From: an uncultured Acidobacteriota bacterium
Lineage (GTDB): Bacteria > Acidobacteriota > Vicinamibacteria > Vicinamibacterales > 2-12-FULL-66-21
Direction of reading: 5' to 3'
DNA length: 64,000 nucleotides
Assembly (NCBI GenBank): GCA_963755695.1
Contig: CAVWLB010000008.1
Location: forward strand, 798,109-862,108
Shown here: piece after piece, positions 30,511 through 40,481 of the stretch
How positions within the stretch are numbered: position 1 is the stretch's first letter
Layout: every line of letters starts with the position of its first letter
The notes under the pieces: generated by a model
The model's database searches: none
The model's input: the letters and a program-made list of their open reading frames with translations, nothing else
What the model was told of the DNA's origin: nothing
Translations under genes and position numbers: made by a program

Positions 30511-31110
30511 ATGAACTGGCCGGCGATCTTTCTCGGCTGCTTCGTCATCGGGTTCGTGCTCAGCGTGCTGTCGTTCGCGCTTCGGCGTCGATCGACGCGC
30601 ACGTGCACTTCCCGTGGGAGACATCACGTCGCATGCCGGCGCGTCTTCACAGCGCCGGCACACGGGCACCGCCGTCGGTCCGATCAACTTCGCGACGATG
30701 ACCGCGTTTCTCGCCTGGTTCGGCGGCACCGGCTACCTGCTGACGTCGCAGTTCCGCTGGCTCGTGCTGCCCGCCGTCGGACTGTCGCATCGTGCTCGGG
30801 TTGTGCGGCGCGGCCGTCGTGTTCTGGATCATGGCGCAGGTGCTGTGGTCGCCGAACGAGAACATGCAGAGCGCCGACTACCACATGGTCGGCGTGCTCG
30901 GCCGCCTGAGCCAGCCGATCCGCGAAGGCGGCATCGGCGAGCTGATCTACTCGCACGGCGGCGCGCGCAAGTCGTGCGGCGCGCGCAGCGCCGACGGACG
31001 CGCGATCGAGAAGGGCGCGGAAGTCGTGGTGACGGGCTACGAACGCGGGCATCGCCGTACGGTGCGAGCGACTGGGACGCGATCTGCGGCGGACGAGCCT
31101 GTAGGACGGG
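30511..31110 (+). pseudogene. NfeD-like (YqiJ/YuaF) membrane protein with C-terminal OB-fold, frameshifted
   Basis: TM N-terminus MNWPAIFLGCFVIGFVLSVL. C-terminus GELIYSHGGARKSCGARSADGRAIEKGAEVVVTGYERG. GGAGG RBS. Confidence 0.6.
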
Positions 31111-31142
31111 TCGGTGAGCCCTTCCGGCATGGAGGCGGAACT

Positions 31143-32617
31143 ATGGGTCTTCAGACCATGAGCGTCGGATTCTGGGTCGTTGTCGGGCTGATGGTGCTGG
31201 CCGTGGCGCTGCTCGGATCGTTCCTCGCGTCGCTCTATCGGAAGGCCGGCCCGCACGAAGCGCTGATCGTCTACGGCTTCCGCGGCACGCGCATCGTGAA
31301 AGGGCACGGCACCGTGATCTTTCCGATGGTCGAGTCGTCGCCACGAGCTGTCGCTGGAGCTGATGTCGTTCGACGTCGCGCCCGAAGCAGGACCTCTACA
31401 CCAAGCAGGGCGTGGCGGTCACGGTCGAAGCGGTCGCGCAGATCAAGGTGAAGTCCGACATGCGAGTCGATCGAGACCGCGGCCGAGCAGTTCCTGACCA
31501 AGACGCCGGAGCAGCGCGAGGGCCTGATCCGGCTGGTGATGGAAGGCCACCTGCGCGGCATCATCGGCCAGCTCACGGTCGAGCAGATCGTGAAGGAGCC
31601 GGAGATGGTCGCCGACCGCATGCGCGCCACCTGCGCCGACGACATGAACAAGATGGGCCTCGAGGTGGTCTCGTTCACGATCAAGGAAGTCCGCGACAAG
31701 AACGAGTACATCGTCAACATGGGCCGGCCCGACGTGGCGCGCATCAAGCGCGACGCCGACGTCGCCGCGGCCGAGGCCGAGCGCGACACCGCGATCAAGC
31801 GCGCCGAGGCGACGCGCGAGTCGGCGATCGCCAAGGCGCAGGCCGACCAGGAGCGCGTGCTGGCCGAGACGCTGTCGCAGGCCAAGCAGGCCGAGGCGCA
31901 GCGCGACCTCGAGATCAAGAAGGCGAAGTACGTCGAGACCGTCAAGAAGCAGCAGGCGCAGGCCGACAAGGCCTACGAGATCCAGACCAACATCATGCAG
32001 CAGCAGGTCGTCGCCGAGGCGGTGCGCGTGCAGCAGGTCGAGCGCGAGCAGCAGATCAAGGTGCAGGAAGCGGAGATCCTGCGCCGCGAGAAGGAGCTGA
32101 TCGCGACCGTGCTGAAGCAGGCCGAGATCGAGCGCCAGCGCATCGCGATGCTGGCCGAGGCCGAGAAGCAGCCGGCTGTCGATCGAGGCCGAAGGCCAGC
32201 GCTGCCGCGATCCGCGCTGCAGGGCGAGGCGGAGGCCGACATCATCTTCAAGAAGGGCGACGCCGAAGCGCGGGCGATGAACGTGAAGGCCGAGGCGTTC
32301 CAGGAGTACAACCAGGCGGCGGTCATCGACAAGCTGCTCACGTCGCTGCCGGAGATCGTCGCGGGCGCTCGCCAGCCCGCTGACCAAGGTGGACAAGATC
32401 ACGATCGTGTCCACCGGCAACGGCGACATCGACCGGCATGCACAAGATCACCGGCGACATGACCGAAATCGCGGCGCAGGTGCCGGCGCTGTTCGAGGCG
32501 CTGTCGGGCATGCCGATGGCGGACCTGCTGTCGAAGGTGAGGAAGATCGGCGACAAGGCGCCCGCCCGGAGCGGCAGGAGCGGAGCGAGCGCGGTCGCGG
32601 AGCTGCCTGGCTCGAGC
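31143..32617 (+). pseudogene. Flotillin-like SPFH/band-7 protein (YqiK/FloA-like), frameshifted
   Basis: TM N-terminus. SPFH core (GLIRLVMEGHLRGIIGQLTVEQIVKEPEMVA...). A long Ala/Glu/Gln-rich coiled coil. Multiple frame switches. Confidence 0.7.
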
Positions 32618-32639
32618 GAGGACGTAAGACAGGAGTACC

Positions 32640-33309
32640 ATGGCAGTACTCGAACGCGTCGCCACGCTGGTCCGCGCGAACCTGAACGACCTGATCGATC
32701 GCGCGGAAGATCCGGAGAAGATGATCAAGCAGGTGATCCTCGACATGGAGAACCAGCTGCTGCAGGTGAAGACGCAGGTGGCGATCTCGATGGCCGACCA
32801 GCACCTGCTGCAGAAGAAGCAGAACGGAGCACGAGGACAAGGCGGCCGAGTGGATGCGCAAGGCGGAGCTGGCCGTCGACAAGCAGCAGGACGACCTCGC
32901 GCGCGCGGCGCTCGAGCGCTACCAGAGCTTCACCAAGCTGGCCGAGAGCTTACACGCAGCAGGTCGAGGACCAGAGGCAGCAGGTCGACACGCTGCGCAA
33001 GGCGCTCGCGCAGCTCGATCAGAAGCTGGGCGAGGCGCGGGCGAAGAGCGACCTGCTGCTCGCGCAGCATCGCCGGGCGCGCGCGCTCGAAAAGGCGAAC
33101 GACGCGCAGCTCGTCGTGGGCGGACGCGGCCCGGCCGCCGGCTTCGACCGGATGGAGCGGAAGGTCCAGCGCGCGAGGCCGTCAGCCAGGCCAAGTCCGA
33201 GCTGGTCGCCGACGATGTGGATCGCCGGTTCGAGGCGATGGAGAAGGACGACGAAGTGGGCCGTCTGCTCGACGCGCTCAAGGCTCGTCGCGGCGCCTCT
33301 CCGCAGTAG
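32640..33309 (+). pseudogene. pspA: PspA/IM30 (phage-shock protein A family), frameshifted
   Basis: MAVLERVATLVRANLNDLIDRAEDPEKMIKQVILDMENQLLQVK is the PspA N-terminus. The rest is recovered in 2 other frames. Confidence 0.7.
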
Positions 33310-33360
33310 CCTGGGCGCGGCCGACGTGAGGCGAAGGGCGGACCGGAGTAAGTCCGCCTT

Positions 33361-33389
33361 TTGCCTTTGGCCGAGCCGGTCGCTATAAT
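33361..33389 (+). promoter_or_regulatory. Near-consensus sigma70 promoter for tRNA-Gln
   Basis: TTGCCT, 17-nt spacer, TATAAT. The tRNA 5' end is 20 nt downstream. Confidence 0.65.
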
Positions 33390-33408
33390 CGAAGTTTCCG
33401 CCAGCCGT

Positions 33409-33482
33409 TGGGAGGTCGTTCAACGGTAGGACACGTGGCTCTGGACCACGTTATCGGGGTTCGAATCCCTGCCTCCCAGCCA
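33409..33482 (+). tRNA. tRNA-Gln (anticodon CTG)
   Basis: U1-A72 acceptor pair and G73 discriminator, both Gln hallmarks. Anticodon loop CUCUGGA, T-loop TTCGAAT, encoded CCA. Confidence 0.85.
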
Positions 33483-33833
33483 ATCCAGCAACTAACGCCG
33501 AAACAGTCGCTTAACTCGTCGGTCTCGTAGCGAAAAGCCAGGCCAAACCGGAAAGTCTGACGGCGGATACACGTTCCCGGGCTCTGGCGCTCGCGAGCTG
33601 CCCCCGAAAGACCGGCCATCTTCCATCAGTTACCCGCAAAGACCGCGTCGTGTTGGGATCACACGTGAGACACGTTGAGACACGTAAGCCAACCCGCGGC
33701 CCGTTGTACAGCGTGATTTCAAGTTGGCCATCCGTGTGGTGTGACATTCGAATCCTTACAACAGCTTGAACGGAGCGAGCAAGCCGATGTTGAAAATCGA
33801 CGTGGCGGTGGTGATGGTCTGGCGACGCGTGAT

Positions 33834-35255
33834 TCAGCCGGCTCTGCGCGCCGCCGGCAGCCTGCCGCGCGCGACCGCCCGTACCAGCGCCTGGTGATCC
33901 GCTTCGATCTGATCGGCATAGGCGCGCGCAAACTGACGCATCGCCTCATCCACGCGCCTCGATGATCCGACATAGCCAGCAATCATCGATGCGCCGCTCG
34001 TCCGCGCATGTCCCTTGGCGAGCAGATGACCCAGGATCCGCGCGTAATCCGTCAGCGCTCCGGTTTTGAGCGTGTCGAACGGGATTGCGCCCTTCATGTC
34101 GCGGAACTGGCGGACGTAGTACGACCGGTTCTCAATCGTCGTCCACCCCAGGAGCGGATCGCTCACGGTCTGCACCGCCTGCTGGTACTCGACGACTCGC
34201 TGTCCCTGATGGGCGTGCCGCGGCACGTCACCGTGCACGTAGGGAGCCACGACCGACCGGCGCGCCTCTTTTAACTGCAGAAAGAGGACGTCCTCAGGCG
34301 TGCTGCCCTCCAGCAGTGCGACGTAGCTTCGCAGTCCGACGCTGCTGACACCGACGACTTTATGAGCGATGTCGACCAGCGTGTAGCCGCCAACAATGCG
34401 ATGCCAATGAGGCGCGAGGGTGTTCAGATAGTCGTCGATCGCAGCGGCAATCCGCTGGAACGTGGCCCCTGGAACCCGAGTGATCAGCGGCGGCTTGTCG
34501 ACGATGTGACGGGAGCCGCTCAGTTGGGTGGTGAATCGCGGCAGCGCGCGGTCGCTCGTTCGAGTGCGCGCGAGCCGCGCGGCGCGAGCGATCGTCGCGC
34601 GTAACGACTTGCCGGTCACCGTGCTGTGCAGGAGTTGAACGTCCATGCGCTGAAACGAACGCGACAGCAGCGGCTGAATCGCCAGCAGGCGCACCGATTG
34701 CCGATAGGCGGCCACGCACGACATCACGGCGTCATCGCACTGCGCATCCCGCATGCCACTCTGTCGTCCAGCCACATAGAAGCTGGTGACCAGCCGCCGC
34801 AGGTCCCATTCCCAGGGACCGGGATGCGCCTCGTCGAAGTCGTTGAGGTCCAAGACCAGGTCGCGTTCTGGCGAGGCGTAAAAGCCGAAGTTTCCGAGGT
34901 GAGCATCCCCGCAGATGACCGGGGTGATGCCTGTCGCGGGGAGGCGCGCCAAATCCTCGGCCATCACGTTGGCGCCGCCACGCAGAAATCCGTACGGTGA
35001 GGAGACCATTCGCGCGATCCGGATCGGAATGAGGGAGGCGACCCGTCCGACGTGGAGCCGCTCGATCAGGGCGATCGGATCGGGCCTGTTGTCAGCGAGC
35101 CGCCACACACCGAGCGAGGTTCGTGAGACTTTCTGCCGCAGGTGGCGACCGAGCTTGAAGCGCTTGACTCGCGAAACCGGTCGAACGCGGACGGACCGAT
35201 AGGCTCGGCTGTCGTCACCCGGCAGCGCTGAATATGTCGTCAGCTTCGTCGCCAT
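33834..35255 (-). CDS. DUF2252-family protein
   Basis: 473 aa. SPYGFLRGGANVMAEDLA...GDAHLGNFG matches the DUF2252 N-terminal signature. Confidence 0.7.
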   Translation of the reverse strand: MATKLTTYSALPGDDSRAYRSVRVRPVSRVKRFKLGRHLRQKVSRTSLGVWRLADNRPDPIALIERLHVGRVASLIPIRIARMVSSPYGFLRGGANVMAEDLARLPATGITPVICGDAHLGNFGFYASPERDLVLDLNDFDEAHPGPWEWDLRRLVTSFYVAGRQSGMRDAQCDDAVMSCVAAYRQSVRLLAIQPLLSRSFQRMDVQLLHSTVTGKSLRATIARAARLARTRTSDRALPRFTTQLSGSRHIVDKPPLITRVPGATFQRIAAAIDDYLNTLAPHWHRIVGGYTLVDIAHKVVGVSSVGLRSYVALLEGSTPEDVLFLQLKEARRSVVAPYVHGDVPRHAHQGQRVVEYQQAVQTVSDPLLGWTTIENRSYYVRQFRDMKGAIPFDTLKTGALTDYARILGHLLAKGHARTSGASMIAGYVGSSRRVDEAMRQFARAYADQIEADHQALVRAVARGRLPAARRAG

Positions 35256-35507
35256 GTCGGAGGTCTGGTCCTCCCGGGCCAGTCAGATTCGTCGCCTGGA
35301 CTGAATTCTTGCCTGAGTTGTGCGCGAATTTAGCCGATTGCCGGCCACGAAGTTCACTCCCGAGTGGCTCCCGACGGCAACGAGACCCGAAACGATCCGC
35401 TCGGCACGAGAATCCATCTTCGATCTCCTGATCCACGCCAACCGACGCTCCCTTATCGGTGGCCGCTGAGGCAGTTCAAGGTGACCGAAATGCTTACACC
35501 CAGCTGC

Positions 35508-35888
35508 CTACTTGTCAGCGATGAGCGAGAGATGCGTCGAAACACATCTCCACTGACCACCCTGCCGGACGAACACACACGATACTCGTTCGACTACGTG
35601 GAACGCTTGCCCATGGAACTTTCCTCCAGATACGCCTCGCGCGATGACGACCGCTGTGTCGCCGTAGGCGCGAACCTGCATGTCGTGGGATTCCATGACG
35701 TCGTGAGTTAGTACCCCGGACTTCACTAGACCAAGAAACATCGCCTTGTCACCGACGCTGCCGTCGGGGCCAATAATCGTCCAATCGTCGGCCATGTACC
35801 GGCCAATCGCTTCTGGATCGTTCTCGACCATCGCCCGGTCCCACTCACAGGTGACGCTCGTCAGTTCTCCTTCAACCTTCTCGCTCAA
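35508..35888 (-). CDS. NTF2-like/SnoaL-like (DUF4440-type) small protein
   Basis: 126 aa with a ketosteroid-isomerase-like pattern (DWTIIGPDG...VSTHLS). Confidence 0.55.
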   Translation of the reverse strand: MSEKVEGELTSVTCEWDRAMVENDPEAIGRYMADDWTIIGPDGSVGDKAMFLGLVKSGVLTHDVMESHDMQVRAYGDTAVVIARGVSGGKFHGQAFHVVERVSCVFVRQGGQWRCVSTHLSLIADK

Positions 35889-36879
35889 GGTCGCTCCCTC
35901 GTGTTGATGCTTCGACCGCTCTATGCCGCCGAACTAGTAGTAGGCTGACCAGTCTAAATCCGCAGTTCCCGCGAAGCTCGCAGCATAACGGGGAATCGCC
36001 TCCGCGTTGAAGGCTCGCAAATTGCTGAACGGTCGATCGTTCCAGCCATCAGTGCGGAATCTCTCGCTGAATTAGGCCGACCTGCATAACACGAGGTTCC
36101 CCCGCAGCGACCCCCGGGCTCGCGCGTCAATCCTTGGTCGGTCCGGGAATGTCGCCGAGTGCTTAGAATGCGCCGACGACACGTTCGCTATCGCACGACT
36201 CGCGGCGACGAACTGTGGCGGTTCATGCCGGTCAGGGTTTTGTTACAGGCTCTTAAGGCCGGCCGACATGAACTTCCGCTGTTCGTGGGGCCGATCGCAT
36301 TCAGGTCGGGCCAATGGGTGCTTCTCCATTCCAAGATAAACACGACGACGGATCGGAAAATCTTCAACCCTGCGACGTGACGCGATTCGGTTGAGGCGCC
36401 AGTACCTGCTGAACTGAGCCCCCCGCGGCGATTATTCCGTCACTTCGCCGGTCAGCCAGCGCAGTCCAAGTCGCATTGGACATTCTGGATGCTTACCGCG
36501 CTGTGCAGTCATGACTGAACCACCGACGGCGCCCCCGTTCTTCGTAGTGCTGTGAATGTTCCGGAGATCTCGCGCGATCCGACAGGTTACTAGGCGAGCG
36601 TGAGATTCAGGTTCTCGATGGCTTCGGCGATTCCGGCAGGGCTCTTGTAGCCGACCGTGACGCAATCGACATCATCATTTTCCGGGACCACCGAAACACG
36701 CTTGACGAGCTGATCGATAGCGTCCACTTTCTCGAACCTTGACAGCGGACCTATCCAAACTTGATTGTGCTGGGGCCAAAGACCGGACTCTCGCGGTCCA
36801 TCGAATAGACGCGAACGCCGCCGCCCCGCTCGTGATTTGGATGGGACGGCACAACCCGTAATGCGTCACCGACACACAC

Positions 36880-37241
36880 CGGTCTTGACCAGCCACTACT
36901 GGCTGCAGACCGTGCCGCAAACGCATGCGCTGGTCGCGCTGGATATCGCCGATCCAGAGCATCCACGCGAGGTTTCGAGCGTGGTATTCGGTGACGATGA
37001 GGAGCCACACTGGCTGGCGATCGATCCTTCGGGCCGGCGACTCGTCCTGAATTCCGCCGGCTGCACGAAGAGTAACCGGCTGTTCGTCATCAACTTCGAT
37101 CCCGCCAGCGGTGCTCTATCCATCGATGATCGCTTCCGTGATATCGGCAGCACACGTCCGGGAATCGATCTGACCGGCAAGACCCGGCCACACGGTTTCT
37201 CGGGCAAGCCGGTGCCACACGGGACCGTGTTCTCGAGATGA
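36880..37241 (+). pseudogene. C-terminal fragment of a 7-bladed beta-propeller lactonase-like protein
   Basis: HWLAIDPSGRRLVLNSAG...RLFVINFDPASGALSI blades. No N-terminal 200 aa present. Confidence 0.3.
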
Positions 37242-37624
37242 GCAATGCCGAGGCCAACACCCACTCGCGACACGCTGCGCGCGTGCAGGTGCAGAAGCGG
37301 TGTGATGCGGCACTTCGGCCCTATCATCGAGAACTAACTTGCGCGCCGTTCAGGAAGGACGCACTCGACGTGCGGTGCGCCTCTGAGTTCTTCTTATTTC
37401 CTGAGACCGCCTCTCTGTGCGCGAAGCCAAATTCTGGTCCTAGCAGGACTTCCTGCTGGCCCGGACCGGAAAACCGCGCGCTGAGTCAGTGTCACCGCGG
37501 CCACTACCAGCCACCACACTGTTGAACGCGAAGCACTTACGCGAACCCCCCTGGTTCCGCTCTGTAGGGCCACTCCTTGCACGTGTGTGGTGGACTCGAT
37601 TTTCTTCAGAGGTCAAGAATCTAA

Positions 37625-38716
37625 ATGAGAACAATCACTCGCATGGCAGCGTCGCTGGCGCTGCTCGTCACGTTCGCGGCCGCCGGCGCGGCGCAGTCGT
37701 CCAACGGAAACGACTCGGTCGACTACGCGCCGAAGACACAAAATCTAGCAGGCACGTTGCCGTTCGACCGCTCGTACACGCTGGACATCACATCGCCGTC
37801 AAGCCTGAATGACAAGGGCGAAAAGGCCATTGCCGGCGGAATCACCGCGAACCTGCGCGTGAACGTCGACGACTTCCCGGAGGCTTCGAACGAGGCGGCG
37901 GCAGCGGCGCTCGTGACGCTAGACGACCAGTTCATGGTGTTCACCGCTCTCGCGCAGACGCAGCAGACGACGGTCCGCCTCCATGTCACCAGCAGCACCA
38001 TTCCCGGCGATTACGTATTCACCATCCAGGCGGATGGACCGAGCGGAATTGGGTGGGGCAACGCAGGCCACACACTGACCGTCACGGTTTCAGAGCCTGT
38101 GGTGTCCGACAACACTCCACCTGTCGTCGTCATCACGTCGCCAACGGACGGACAGGCGTTCACGTTCTGCAGCACCGGGACCGTCGTACCCGTGACCATT
38201 TCAGCGACTGATCCGGAGACTCTCGTCACATCAGTCTGGGCGAGTGCTAGCAACGTCCCGTTCGCGGTGTCCTTCCCTGGTGCGTCCAACAACGTCGTGG
38301 CCAATGGCAATTTCACAGCTGCAGGAATTGGGTCTTATCCGCTCCAGGCCTGGGCACAGAGCACGGGGGGCACGGGTGAATCAGCGGTGGTCAACATCTC
38401 GGTGAACTATGCCATGTCGTGGCTGCCGCCCCTATCGCTCGGAAAAGTCATCAGCGGCGCGCTCGCCATCAAATTCTCGGCGCGCGATTGCAACGGCGCT
38501 TTCGTCGCCGACAATCGGGTAAGCGTCGAAGTATGGGAGGGTCCCGTCCGCAGATTTGTCGCGACCTTCGGAGACGGAAGTGACGCCGTCCGCATCGACG
38601 AGGTGCAGGGCCAGTACATCGCCAATTTCAAACCGGCATCGGGTGTCCATATTTACACCGTCAAGGTGTTGTTCGGTGGGTTCGAGCAGGCCTCGAAGAG
38701 TTTCACGACCAAGTAG
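37625..38716 (+). CDS. Secreted Thr/Ser/Val-rich hypothetical protein (Ig-like beta-rich)
   Basis: 363 aa with a signal peptide. No recognizable catalytic motif. Confidence 0.55.
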   Translation: MRTITRMAASLALLVTFAAAGAAQSSNGNDSVDYAPKTQNLAGTLPFDRSYTLDITSPSSLNDKGEKAIAGGITANLRVNVDDFPEASNEAAAAALVTLDDQFMVFTALAQTQQTTVRLHVTSSTIPGDYVFTIQADGPSGIGWGNAGHTLTVTVSEPVVSDNTPPVVVITSPTDGQAFTFCSTGTVVPVTISATDPETLVTSVWASASNVPFAVSFPGASNNVVANGNFTAAGIGSYPLQAWAQSTGGTGESAVVNISVNYAMSWLPPLSLGKVISGALAIKFSARDCNGAFVADNRVSVEVWEGPVRRFVATFGDGSDAVRIDEVQGQYIANFKPASGVHIYTVKVLFGGFEQASKSFTTK

Positions 38717-39084
38717 CGTTTTCCGTCGAGCGACCGCCAAGGCGCACGCGACCATCTCGAATGTAAGTGGTCGCGTGCGTTAGCGCCTTCCGAATTCTCC
38801 AGTACCGAAATCCCGCCTTTGACCACGTGCTAGCTCCCCCGCGGCTCGAATCCGGCTTCGATTCACATTCGTGGTAGAACGTCATCTAGCACAGGTACGA
38901 ATGGCGCGTTAGAGATCCGCGTCGAGTTTCCGCTTCATGCCTTCACGCTGTCGCTGGGTCGATGATTCCGAGGCGGGAGTACTCGAGTGGACGGCAGTAA
39001 ACGAACGGGACGACATAACCGCAGGGTGATTCCAGCGAACCAAGTTGTGCACCGTCACCACGTGAGAAACAGGCCCTGCTCCGA

Positions 39085-39107
39085 GTTCGAACGCCTGCCT
39101 CCCAGCC
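39085..39107 (+). repeat. Partial copy of the tRNA-Gln 3' end
   Basis: GTTCGAAcgCCTGCCTCCCAGCC versus tRNA GTTCGAAtcCCTGCCTCCCAGCC. A 14-mer is exact and the flanking TTCGAA matches. Confidence 0.55.
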
Positions 39108-39293
39108 GGCCTTCGCTCGACTTCGCCGAGCTTCGAGCTAGGACTCACTGCCTCATGTGGACCGGCCCAACGTTTCGGGGTAGCTAATCTGACGCTCCCG
39201 GACTGGCAACGCTGGGCGCTTGGCGGTTTCGCCGTTCTCTACAACCCCGTTCCACCGATTCGCATTGGCGAGAAGGCCATCTGAAAGGCCGAC

Positions 39294-40311
39294 TTGGCTT
39301 CCTGGGGGCCACTCGCTGCTCGTGCCGCATGCCGAGGAGCCCTTCAGGAACCGCAGCTCTGGACCTTGACATTCCCGGGCGGAGAGGCTCACCGCCTGAC
39401 CGACGACCTGTCCTGGTACGACCTGGGACTCGACGCCACACCCGACGGCCGCAACGCGGTGTCTATTGTCTCCACGCGCATCTCAAACATCTGGGTCGTG
39501 CCCGTCGAGGATCCGATGCAGGCGCGTCAGGTTTCGGACGGGTTGCCGGTGGCCGAGGCGGCGGAGGTCGCCGACGGCCGGATCCTGGCAGATGACTACG
39601 AGGACCAGCTTCTCGGGTCTTCGCAACTCTGGACGAGCGACCAAAACGGCAGTCAACGCACGCCGTTCACCAGCCTCCGGCACGTCAATGCGTTCATGCG
39701 GTGCGGCAACGTCGTCGTGGCTGTCGTGGACACCCCGGGGCGGCCACCGTGACTTACTTTCGCATCGACGCGGACGGTTCACATGCGGTCCCCCTGACCA
39801 CTGGCGCGTACGGGTTTCCGGCCTGCTCGGATATCGGCGATTACTTCTTTTACTTGGACCAAGACCGGATCCTCCGGGTCCCGATGCGGGCGGTCCCCCT
39901 CGCGAGGTGGGCCATAACCTGTCGGCGGCATTGGCCCATCGGAGTCTCGCCGATGGCACGCGCCTCGCGTACCTGCAACGCCTGCAGGGCCCTGGATCGT
40001 CTGAACGATGGAACGTTGCGGTCGTACGCACGGACGATGGCTCACCCGTCGCGTCGTGGCCGGTTCAGTTGCCGCGTTACCACCCGCGCAGATTCCGGTG
40101 GTCGCCGCAGGGCCTGGTCTGGCAGTTCCTGAGGTCTGACGGTGGTGCCTTCAACGTGTGGGAGCAGCCGATTGCCGGCGGCACCGCGAAGCAGCTGACC
40201 AGATTCACGTCCGGGAGGATCTTCAACTTTTACGAATCGCTCGACGGAAAGAGGCTCGTGATGACGCGCGGGAGCCTCAGCCACGACGTCGTGTTGCTGA
40301 CGTTCAAGTAG
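39294..40311 (+). pseudogene. TolB-like beta-propeller protein fragment, frameshifted (3 frames)
   Basis: Blades QLWTLTFPGGEAHRLTDD..., TYFRIDADGSHAVPLT, NVWEQPIAGGTAKQLTRFTSGRIF..DGKRLV. There is no N-terminal domain and no single frame. Confidence 0.4.
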
Positions 40312-40481
40312 CGGCGGTCGGGGTGTCTGGGACGATTTCCGCAACTGGCTCATGCGTGCGGCTTAGCGAATCAGCTGACGTTCGCGCGATTTTCTCCGCA
40401 CTTCACTCGCCTGGCTTGTGTGAGTCCAAGCGACCAGATGTGCGGAGCCGTTGCACGCTACACCCTGACCTCGACTGCTCC

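Noticed and set aside
31443-32429. 328-aa minus-strand ORF (and 31271..31969)
   Set aside because: Antisense to the flotillin gene. Leu/Asp/Arg-repeat text mirrors the sense strand's Ala/Glu/Gln coiled coil.
36159-36380. 73-aa ORF in AT-richer intergenic DNA
   Set aside because: No RBS or recognizable fold, and the sequence has no periodic coding signal.
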